From NCBI GenBank assembly GCA_910577045.1, contig CAJTLB010000009.1:19561-83560 (forward strand): 64,000 nt of DNA, read 5' to 3'. The position numbers and the translations under genes are program-made. Position 1 is the first letter of the stretch, and the number at the start of each line of letters is the position of its first letter. This DNA comes from an uncultured Lachnospiraceae bacterium (GTDB lineage Bacteria > Bacillota > Clostridia > Lachnospirales > Lachnospiraceae). Below the pieces are notes generated by a model. It was not told the origin of the DNA. It saw only the letters and a program-made list of their open reading frames with translations, and made no database searches. Shown in pieces: positions 9,260 to 17,115 of the stretch.

Positions 9260-10210
9260 TTACTTTATTGTTAAAAATGCTGCTTCCTTTGCATATTCAT
9301 TTAGTTGTGCAATTTCTTGCCCTGTAAAATTATAATATTCCTTAATAAACGTATATTCCCTATCAAGGCTTGTGTTAGAAACTGTCCTATTATCTGTATT
9401 AATTGTAATTCGTACTCCCTGTTCATACAATTCCCGTATTGGATACCTACTAATTTCCGTAGCAAGCTTTGTATGGAAATTACTAATTGGGCATACTTCT
9501 AAAACAATCTTTTCTTTTATAATTTGTTGTACCAAACTTTGATCCTCGATTGCCCGGATTCCATGCCCTATCCGTTTTGCACCAAACTCTATTGCCTTTC
9601 TTACACTATCTGCACCATCTGCTTCTCCTGCATGTATAGTAAATGGTATTCCTGCTTTCTTGGTTTCCCTAAATAATTCTTTATAATTTCCTGTTGGGAA
9701 TAATGCCTCTGCCCCAGCCAAATCAACTGCAAGCACTTCTTTCCCATAATATTTTTTTGCTGCCATAAGAGTTTCTTTATTTAATGCTTGGTTTTCTGCT
9801 CCTCTCATATAACATAAAATTAATCCTGCCTGTATTGTTTTATAACATGCTAACCCCTTCTTTAAGCCTTGGATTGCTGCTTTTACGGCTTCCTCTATTG
9901 TCATTCCATCTTTTATGGAAAGCTGCGGCGCAAACCGAATTTCCGCATAAGTAACCCCTTCAAAAGCCAAATCCTCTATCAGTTCAAATGTCACTCTTTC
10001 TAATGCCTCCGGTTTTTGTAATACCAACAAAGGCAAATCAAAACATTTTAAATATTCATTCAAACTTTGGCAATCCTCTGGCACCTGTAAAAGAGAAGTT
10101 AATTCTTCTTTTGATGCTGCAGGAAGTGTAATTTTCTGTTCTTTTGCCAGCTCCCATACCGTACTAGGACGTAATGAACCGTCTAAATGCAGATGCAAAT
10201 CTATTTTCAT
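9260..10210 (-). CDS. add: Adenosine deaminase
   Basis: 316 aa. KIDLHLHLDGS, FTIHAGE and ITINTDN are metal and catalytic motifs of adenosine deaminase. Confidence 0.9.
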   Translation of the reverse strand: MKIDLHLHLDGSLRPSTVWELAKEQKITLPAASKEELTSLLQVPEDCQSLNEYLKCFDLPLLVLQKPEALERVTFELIEDLAFEGVTYAEIRFAPQLSIKDGMTIEEAVKAAIQGLKKGLACYKTIQAGLILCYMRGAENQALNKETLMAAKKYYGKEVLAVDLAGAEALFPTGNYKELFRETKKAGIPFTIHAGEADGADSVRKAIEFGAKRIGHGIRAIEDQSLVQQIIKEKIVLEVCPISNFHTKLATEISRYPIRELYEQGVRITINTDNRTVSNTSLDREYTFIKEYYNFTGQEIAQLNEYAKEAAFLTIK

Positions 10211-10244
10211 TATAAGCCCCCCTTTTCTTATATTTCCTTTATAA

Positions 10245-10282
10245 CCGAAACAGCCTGCTGGAAATCTTTTGTCAGCAGGCTG
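10245..10282 (-). terminator. Intrinsic terminator after the ftsH-GH43 ORF
   Basis: 10-bp stem CAGCCTGCTG / CAGCAGGCTG, followed on the minus strand by TTTCGGTT. It starts 16 nt after the stop codon. Confidence 0.6.
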
Positions 10283-10297
10283 CCATTGGCATTTTTA

Positions 10298-13036
10298 TTA
10301 ATTTACATATAACGTATTATTTTCTTCCCGTATATGGTAAAAAGCAGGATGTTCTTCTAACTTTTTATTCGGCGAATGTAAGGTCAAATATAACTTTCCA
10401 TCTAAACCAGTAAATAACATGCCGTGCCCTCCATCTTTTGAGAACAACAATCTGTTATCCTGAATCCATTTTCCTGTTATATCACCATTATCTGAATATG
10501 CCAAAGCTTCTGTATACCCTTCTGCACCAAAGCTAGACCATAAAAGGATTAACCTTCCAGATTTTGTACGGTACAAGAAAGGCCCATCTGTTACATAATT
10601 CTTACCTGGGCGGTTCGGGTTTTCATGTGCCACTACCCATTCTTCTGCTTCAGAAGCGGCAAATAATTGGAATGGCTCACCCACTGCATGGGTTAAATCC
10701 GCAGACAATTCTATTGCACAAATTGTCCCATCTTGGATCTGCACCCATTCATGCACAAATACCATATATGGCTTTCCTTCTGGGCTTACATAAAAAGTCC
10801 CATCTATACATTCCCAGTCCTTTGGGGTTATCTGGCGGATACTGTGTTCCACAAACGGCCCTAACGGGCTTTCTGCCTTTAAAATCTGTGTCCCGCCAAT
10901 AATCTCTTCTCCTTTAAATGTAGCGAACATATAAAATGCACCCTTATAAAAATGTACCTCTGGTGCCCAACAATTTTTATCTGCCCAAAAATCTTCTGGC
11001 TTATGGAATACCTCATAAGGCCCTTCCCAATCTTCTAAGTTAGTCCCTACATAACAGTCAAAGCCAGTTGCCTTGCCCCAGCAAGTTTCTGCCCTAGTCC
11101 CATACATATAATACTTTCCTTCATATACTAGCACAAATGGGTCCCGAATATTAATTTCATTATTTTTCAATTGTTTCACGCCCTTTTTTTCTTTTTGTAC
11201 TTTATGGAAAATATCCATAAACTCTTTTCCAGTAATAGTCTCTTTTTCAAATAAGAATTCTGCAATTCTATCTAAAATTTCTCTATTCTGGGAAAGCAGC
11301 TTCTTTGATTTATCAAAAGCTGTTTTTAATAATTTCATTACTTCCTGGTCAATTTCTGCCGCTGTCGCATCCCCACAATTTAAAACTGCATTTCCATCTA
11401 AATAACGGTTTTCTATATTTTCCAAACTCATTAAGCCAAATTTCTCTGACATGCCATATTGAGTAACCATTGCCCTTGCAATCTGGGTTGCTTTTTCGAT
11501 ATCATTTGAGGCACCCGTTGTCACTGTATCAAATACTAATTCCTCCGCTGCACGCCCAGCAAGCAAGGTAACAAGTCTTGCTTCCAATTCATCTTTTGTC
11601 ATCATATATTTTTCTTCTTCAGGCACCTGCATAACATAGCCAAGGGAGCCCATAGTCCTTGGCACAATGGTAATTTTTTGCACTGGTTCCGCGTCTTTTT
11701 GGAGTGCTGTCACTAAGGCATGGCCTACTTCATGATAAGCCACTGTCCGTTTTTCCTTTTCTCCAAGGATCCTATCTTTCTTCTCTTTCCCAGCAATAAC
11801 TACTTCCACAGATTCAAATAAATCTGCCTGGCTTACCACATTCCTTCCTTGTTTTACAGCTAAAATAGCAGCCTCGTTTATCATATTAGCAAGATCAGAA
11901 CCAACTGCCCCCGATGTCGCCAGCGCAATTTCCTCTAAATCCACGCTGTCATCCATTAATACATTTTTGGAATGGACTTTTAGTGTTTCCAACCTTCCTT
12001 TTAAATCTGGCTTATCTACAATAATCCGCCTATCAAAACGTCCTGGGCGCAACAATGCTTTATCCAGCACTTCTGGGCGGTTAGTTGCTGCCAAGATTAA
12101 AAGTCCTTTCGAGGTATCAAAACCATCCATTTCTGACAAAAGCTGGTTTAACGTCTGTTCTCTTTCATCATTTCCACCATACCTCGTATCACGGGTTTTT
12201 CCTATTGCATCGATTTCATCAATAAAAATAATACATGGTGCCATCTGTTGTGCCTGTTTAAATAAATCTCTTACACGGGACGCCCCTACACCTACAAACA
12301 TTTCTACAAAATCAGAACCTGCAAGGGAAAAAAATGGTACTTTTGCTTCACCTGCAACAGCCTTGGCAAGCAATGTCTTTCCAGTCCCAGGAGGCCCAAC
12401 AAGTAAGGCTCCTTTTGGGAGTTTTGCGCCAATCTTTACATATTTGCCCGGGTTATGCAGAAAATCCACAATTTCCGTTAAAGATTCTTTTGCCTCATCC
12501 TGCCCTGCCACATCTTTAAATGTAACACCTGTGGATTTCTCCACATATACCTTGGCAGTACTTTTCCCTACTCCCATCATGCCCCCGCCGCCCCGGGTCA
12601 TTCTTCTTACAAAAAACCCAAGCACTGCATACATTAAGACAATAGGCAATACCCAGATTAATAAAAAATCTAAAATAGCTGATCCAGAATCCTGAACAGG
12701 CACGTCAAACTGGACTCCATTCTTGGCACACGCCTCATAAAGAGTAGTCCTATCTACGCCAAAACCAGTATAATAAGTAAATTCTAGCATTGGGCTAACC
12801 TGTTTTTTTGGTACAATCACAATCCTATCTGACTCTACCCGTACTGCATCAATCTCTCCAGCTTCCATCTTACTTACAAATTCTGTATATGAAATGTACT
12901 TCGTTGTACTGCTCTTAATCCAGCTATTCATAAAGCTGACTAAGGTCAGCATAAGCAATCCAGAAATCACCAGAATAATAATAGTCTGGGTATTTTTCGG
13001 CAGCTTATTGCTGTTTTTGTTTTTATTTTCGTCCAT
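10298..13036 (-). CDS. ftsH: ATP-dependent zinc metalloprotease FtsH fused in frame to a C-terminal glycoside hydrolase family 43-like beta-propeller domain (912 aa)
   Basis: The first ~625 aa form a complete FtsH: two TM segments, Walker A GPPGTGKT, Walker B IIFIDEIDA, SRH ATNRPEVLDKALLRPGRFDR, and the zinc site HEVGHAL. The last 285 aa (nt ~10301-11155) begin INIRDPFVLVYEGKYYMYGT and continue WAPEVHFYKGAFYMF...ECIDGTF...VTDGPFLY...DGGHGMLF, which is GH43-like. There is no stop codon or ATG at the junction. Confidence 0.85.
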   Translation of the reverse strand: MDENKNKNSNKLPKNTQTIIILVISGLLMLTLVSFMNSWIKSSTTKYISYTEFVSKMEAGEIDAVRVESDRIVIVPKKQVSPMLEFTYYTGFGVDRTTLYEACAKNGVQFDVPVQDSGSAILDFLLIWVLPIVLMYAVLGFFVRRMTRGGGGMMGVGKSTAKVYVEKSTGVTFKDVAGQDEAKESLTEIVDFLHNPGKYVKIGAKLPKGALLVGPPGTGKTLLAKAVAGEAKVPFFSLAGSDFVEMFVGVGASRVRDLFKQAQQMAPCIIFIDEIDAIGKTRDTRYGGNDEREQTLNQLLSEMDGFDTSKGLLILAATNRPEVLDKALLRPGRFDRRIIVDKPDLKGRLETLKVHSKNVLMDDSVDLEEIALATSGAVGSDLANMINEAAILAVKQGRNVVSQADLFESVEVVIAGKEKKDRILGEKEKRTVAYHEVGHALVTALQKDAEPVQKITIVPRTMGSLGYVMQVPEEEKYMMTKDELEARLVTLLAGRAAEELVFDTVTTGASNDIEKATQIARAMVTQYGMSEKFGLMSLENIENRYLDGNAVLNCGDATAAEIDQEVMKLLKTAFDKSKKLLSQNREILDRIAEFLFEKETITGKEFMDIFHKVQKEKKGVKQLKNNEINIRDPFVLVYEGKYYMYGTRAETCWGKATGFDCYVGTNLEDWEGPYEVFHKPEDFWADKNCWAPEVHFYKGAFYMFATFKGEEIIGGTQILKAESPLGPFVEHSIRQITPKDWECIDGTFYVSPEGKPYMVFVHEWVQIQDGTICAIELSADLTHAVGEPFQLFAASEAEEWVVAHENPNRPGKNYVTDGPFLYRTKSGRLILLWSSFGAEGYTEALAYSDNGDITGKWIQDNRLLFSKDGGHGMLFTGLDGKLYLTLHSPNKKLEEHPAFYHIREENNTLYVN

Positions 13037-13082
13037 GAATTCCTCCTATAGTCCATATGTACTGGCAGCGCCAGTCTACTCC

Positions 13083-13111
13083 ATTATAGGATTTGTCGCC
13101 GGATAAATCAA
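13083..13111 (-). promoter_or_regulatory. Sigma-70-type promoter for ftsH
   Basis: The minus strand reads TTGATT - 17 nt - TATAAT, about 45 nt upstream of the ftsH ATG. It lies between repeat copy 2 and the gene. Confidence 0.5.
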
Positions 13112-13136
13112 TATACATATTATAAAATTTTCATTT

Positions 13137-13305
13137 TGTTTCAATCCACTCGTGATAGTTAGGAGCAAGACAATTACGTGGATTGCCTCATGGCAGTAGG
13201 GGATACCACTTTCGCTCCGCCCACTACTGCCGTTACACTTGTTTTGAGCAATTCCTCCCCCCCCTACCTAAGAGAAAAGGGAATCCTTGCTATTAATTGT
13301 TAAAA
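13137..13305 (-). repeat. Copy 2 of the dispersed ~165-nt structured element, between the NADAR gene and ftsH
   Basis: The reverse complement is about 95% identical to 1264-1429. It ends ...GTCTTGCTCCTAACTATCACGAGTGGATTGAAACAA and carries a G8 tract where copy 1 has G4. Its first ~38 nt supply the last 12 codons and the stop of the NADAR ORF. Confidence 0.75.
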
Positions 13306-14164
13306 TTTCTTTATCGCATAAATTTTCATTTTGGCAAACTCTTTTTAGTTCATCTCTAACTTCCATTAATGCAAAGCCAAGTAAATTTTTTCCTCTCCAT
13401 TCCTTAGGGTTTTTTACATTTTCTTCTGACTCAGACATTTGGATTCCCCATATCCCATCATATGGGCTGGCTTCTACTAAAATACAATCCCCAGTAGAAA
13501 GCAAGAATTGCTTTAATACAGGATTTTGTGAAAATTTCATATAATTTCCATTTAAAACAACCGAATATTTTACCTTATCCCATATGCTTTCTTTAAAATT
13601 CTTTACTTTCCGCCCCAATGCTTTTATTTTTCTTGGGTCCTTACAATCTAAAATCTGTTGTAATACTTCTTTATCCTGAAATAGCTCTGCCTTTTTTGCC
13701 ATCATAAATTGTTCCATACAACCATAAGTATGGTTCGCAGACCAAAAATCCGCTTTCCACCATTGGCTAAGACAGCCTTTTGTAATACGCTTTTCTGAAG
13801 AAGCATGGGCTCCCCAAAACATTATAAAATCCATTTTCTTTCCCTTAGAATACTCTTTTTGTATTTGCACTAATGAATATTTCGGCTTACCGCCCTTTTG
13901 CCAGAAATCAATCCAAAAATCCCCTTTTTCATAATACTCATCTTCTTCCTCTTCTACATCTTCATCCCAATATCCTCGCCATGTAACTGGTTCAGGAAAT
14001 AATTTTTGATATTCTTCTGCCTCTTTCTCTGGAAGATTGTCATACCAATCTCCCCACTTTATTATATAAGATTCCCCATATCCCATGCGCCAGCCAATCG
14101 AATACCTTTCAATTTCAGGATAAGCAAGCCATGGTGGCGGCAACAACTTTTTCTCTTCCAGCAT
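13268..14164 (-). CDS. NADAR (YbiA/DUF1768) family protein with an N-terminal Trp-rich extension of about 110 aa
   Basis: 298 aa. The C-terminal ~170 aa (FWGAHA...LSQWW...GCMEQFMMAKKAELF...ALGRKV...WDKVKYSVVLNGNYMKFSQNP...LLSTGDCILVEASPYDGIWGI...GKNLLGFALMEVRDEL) match the NADAR signature. Confidence 0.8.
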   Translation of the reverse strand: MLEEKKLLPPPWLAYPEIERYSIGWRMGYGESYIIKWGDWYDNLPEKEAEEYQKLFPEPVTWRGYWDEDVEEEEDEYYEKGDFWIDFWQKGGKPKYSLVQIQKEYSKGKKMDFIMFWGAHASSEKRITKGCLSQWWKADFWSANHTYGCMEQFMMAKKAELFQDKEVLQQILDCKDPRKIKALGRKVKNFKESIWDKVKYSVVLNGNYMKFSQNPVLKQFLLSTGDCILVEASPYDGIWGIQMSESEENVKNPKEWRGKNLLGFALMEVRDELKRVCQNENLCDKEILTINSKDSLFS

Positions 14165-14336
14165 TTCCTATTCTACTCCCTTTCTTTACTTGTTATAAAA
14201 TACCTATTATGATATAGTTTTTATATAGTTTTTTTCTAATATAAAATATATCATATTTTTGTTTATTAGAAAAGTCCTTATAAAATATTACAAACAACAA
14301 TAAATACTTATCTTGCCTATTCAGAAAGGAGTTTTT

Positions 14337-14849
14337 ATGGACGAATTTAACCCTCGCAATTATGGGGCTACTGGCAATGGCATTACCTATGACACAAACG
14401 CCATCCAAGCTGCCATTGACGCTGCTGCCTTAGTAAAAGGCACTGTTACCCTTACAGCAGGCACTTATCTTACTAGCTCTCTCTTTCTCAAAAGCAATAT
14501 TACCTTCCATATGGAAGAGGGTGCTACCTTACTTGGCACTACAGAAGAATCTATGTATCCTATCCTGCGCACTAGAGTAGCTGGTATTGAAATGGACTGG
14601 TATGGAGGAATATTAAATATTAACCACGAGTCAAATGTAAAAATAACTGGCAAAGGTATTATTGACGGGCAAGGCCCATATTGGTGGGAAAAATATCGGG
14701 GTACCGACCGGAAAGGCGGGATGCGCAAAACCTATGAAGCACAAGGGCTCCGTTGGTGTGTGGATTATGACTGCAGGCGTGTCCAAAACTGGAGCTGGAA
14801 CAATATAGAACTAGAAATTATAGAAGATTCTTCTAAGGCCATACTATGA
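14337..14849 (+). pseudogene. N-terminal fragment of a GH28 (pectate_lyase_3 / polygalacturonase-like) gene, truncated after about 150 aa
   Basis: MDEFNPRNYGATGNGITYDTNAIQAAIDAA...LFLKSNITFHMEEGATLLGT...RVAGIEMDW...IDGQGPYWWEKY...GLRWCVDYDC matches the N-terminus of GH28 enzymes of about 450-520 aa. After DYDC the sequence diverges and stops. The ATG follows SD GAAAGGAG; the track start at 14313 is a TTG. Confidence 0.65.
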
Positions 14850-15250
14850 ACTGGGAAAGATTAAATTTTAATGAGATTGGTTATTTTTGTAAAAGTACAA
14901 AAGCAAATACTGATTTTGCCTGTTACCCACTTAGTATAAAAATAGAGTGTATTATGGGGATTTTATCCTATTATGGAATCTATTCCTTTCAGGTGAATGA
15001 TATAAAACAGTTCTTTTCCCTTCTACAAATAAAAAGTATCCACACTGGAACTATTTTTGTTCCTTCTATTAAAAAAATACAAACCATACTAGAAAAAATG
15101 GTTGACAGACATCAATTAAGCATAAAAGAATCTTATTTTTTTATTTCTGGTTTTCAGATGGACGAAGAAATTTATGCTTCAAAAATAAAGGAAGGATACC
15201 AAAAGGATTTTATTAATGGCTGGCTTTTATATAAAAAAAAGAATCCATAA
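14846..15250 (+). CDS. Hypothetical protein (134 aa), AT-rich, no recognisable domain
   Basis: ORF whose ATG overlaps the stop of the GH28 fragment (ATGA). I recognise no motifs, and it sits in the AT-rich segment that replaces the rest of GH28. Confidence 0.4.
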   Translation: MNWERLNFNEIGYFCKSTKANTDFACYPLSIKIECIMGILSYYGIYSFQVNDIKQFFSLLQIKSIHTGTIFVPSIKKIQTILEKMVDRHQLSIKESYFFISGFQMDEEIYASKIKEGYQKDFINGWLLYKKKNP

Positions 15251-15285
15251 AGAAAGAGGCGGGATCACTCCCTCCTCTTTAAAGC

Positions 15286-17115
15286 CTATCTATACCATTT
15301 TGCCTGTGCCTGGTACAGTTCATAATATTTTCCATTCTTATCCATTAATTCATTATGTGTCCCCATCTCTACAATACGGCCTGCATCCATTACAATAATC
15401 CTATCTGCAATTTTCGCTGATCCCAGCCTATGGGTTACAATAAATGCTGTTTTATCTTTAGATATTTCTGCAAATTTGTAATAAATATTTGCTTCTTCCA
15501 ACGGATCAATTGCTGCTGTTGGCTCATCTAAAACGATCATATCATGGGCACGGTACAGCCCTCTTGCAATAGCAAGCCTCTGCCACTGTCCGCCAGATAA
15601 ATCTATCCCGCCAAAATCCTTCCCTAACATTGTCTCTGTCCCATCTATAAATTTCCCATTTTCTAAAGGGAAATCCGCCTTTTCTAAAACTTCTTTTATA
15701 TCTTCTGTTTTCTGGGCATCAGAAAGTTGTACATTTTCTGCTACTGTCATTTTATAACACTGGTATTTCTGGAATACGGCTGAAATTCCTTGATACAAAG
15801 TCTCTGGTGCCATTTCTTTTATATCTTTTCCGTCAATCAATATTTTTCCCTTTGTCGGTAAATATAGGCCCATTAATAACCTAGTAAGCGTTGACTTGCC
15901 AGATCCATTTACGCCTACAATGGCAACTGTCTCCCCTTTATCTATTGTAAAATTAACGTTCTCTAAAGCATTTTTTGTACTATTGGGATATGCAAAAGAC
16001 ACTTCTTTTAATTCTAACCTTTCTCGTTTTAACCTTTCTTTTTGCTTTCCTTCCCTCTCTTTTAAATTCAAAAATGCGTAATAATTCTGTGCTGCACCAA
16101 AATTACTTGTAATATTGCCAATCTGATAATTAAATACTCCTTCCATCCGGTCAAACATTTGATCTAAAGAAGAAAATACTGCTGCAAAAGCACCTATACT
16201 AATTTCTCCTTGGAATAAATAATAAAATAGCATAATAATCGTGCCCACATAACCGCTTAATAAAAAGAACCTTAAAGCAAGCTCCATTAATTCAGAATGT
16301 TTTGTCGTTTTCCATCGCAACTTAGTATATGTGCCTAAATTATCCTGATATAATTTCTTTAAATATCCCTCTGCCTTCCACAACCTCGTTTCTTTTGCAT
16401 ATTCCCTTGTACAAATACATTTTTCAAAATATTCATATTTCCTACGGTACGGCGCAGATAGATTTTCCATCTTAGCATACATGTGCCTGCGGATTATAGA
16501 GCCTATTATAGTAGGCAGAAACGACAATCCAAACATAATAAGCAATGCTGGTTTTATAGAAAAAAAATAACAACCCATAAACAAAAAATAGGCAATTTCT
16601 TGTATTCCAATTTCTAAAGTAGAAAATACAACAGAAACAGCCGCTTCAAGCCCTACATATGCCTTATTAATATGGTCTAAAAATTGATTATTTTCATATA
16701 CAATTGGATCAATCCGGGCTGCTTTCTCATTTAAGCTTTTCCCCAAATGCCCTTTTACCACCATACTAAAATTTTCTTGGATTAAATCATTTAATGCCCG
16801 TATTACTAAGACACCTATTAAAAACAATGCCATAGCAATGCCGCTTCCTAAAGCAAGCCCAATTGTCCCTTTCCCTTGGAGTAAAAGTTCTACTTTATTA
16901 AAAAAACTCTGTTTAAAAAATACATTACCTGCCGTACATACCCCTGCGCTAATTAAAAACAAGAAAAAAAGCAGGAACATTCCGGGGCTTTTCTTTAAAG
17001 CAAGCCCTGTAATATGGCATATCATTTGTATTAACCCATATAGTTTTTTAGTTGCTTTCTTTTCCACCCGTTTCTCCCTCCCCTTCTTTGGTATACCAGC
17101 TTTGCTGTGTTTCAT
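15286..17115 (-). CDS. ABC exporter, fused permease/ATPase (type I exporter half-transporter)
   Basis: 609 aa with an N-terminal six-helix TMD, Walker [10 protein letters not shown], signature LSGGQWQR and Walker B MIVLDEPTAAID. The start is uncertain because the ORF overlaps the upstream partner by 68 nt. Confidence 0.85.
   Translation of the reverse strand: MKHSKAGIPKKGREKRVEKKATKKLYGLIQMICHITGLALKKSPGMFLLFFLFLISAGVCTAGNVFFKQSFFNKVELLLQGKGTIGLALGSGIAMALFLIGVLVIRALNDLIQENFSMVVKGHLGKSLNEKAARIDPIVYENNQFLDHINKAYVGLEAAVSVVFSTLEIGIQEIAYFLFMGCYFFSIKPALLIMFGLSFLPTIIGSIIRRHMYAKMENLSAPYRRKYEYFEKCICTREYAKETRLWKAEGYLKKLYQDNLGTYTKLRWKTTKHSELMELALRFFLLSGYVGTIIMLFYYLFQGEISIGAFAAVFSSLDQMFDRMEGVFNYQIGNITSNFGAAQNYYAFLNLKEREGKQKERLKRERLELKEVSFAYPNSTKNALENVNFTIDKGETVAIVGVNGSGKSTLTRLLMGLYLPTKGKILIDGKDIKEMAPETLYQGISAVFQKYQCYKMTVAENVQLSDAQKTEDIKEVLEKADFPLENGKFIDGTETMLGKDFGGIDLSGGQWQRLAIARGLYRAHDMIVLDEPTAAIDPLEEANIYYKFAEISKDKTAFIVTHRLGSAKIADRIIVMDAGRIVEMGTHNELMDKNGKYYELYQAQAKWYR

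Noticed and set aside
11150-11200. An internal GTG or TTG start that would make the GH43 domain a separate gene from ftsH
   Set aside because: The GTG and TTG codons in ...GGCGTGAAACAATTGAAAAAT... have no upstream Shine-Dalgarno, and there is no stop in the ftsH frame. I therefore report the fusion and flag it for read-level verification.
11967-12695. A 242-aa plus-strand ORF inside ftsH. Similar long antisense ORFs occur at 37646-38098, 60333-60878, 30579-31034, 45458-45880 and 41881-42333.
   Set aside because: Each lies entirely antisense to a well-supported conserved gene. They have low-complexity or odd composition (S/P/L-rich), no RBS and no recognisable motifs. They are shadow ORFs.
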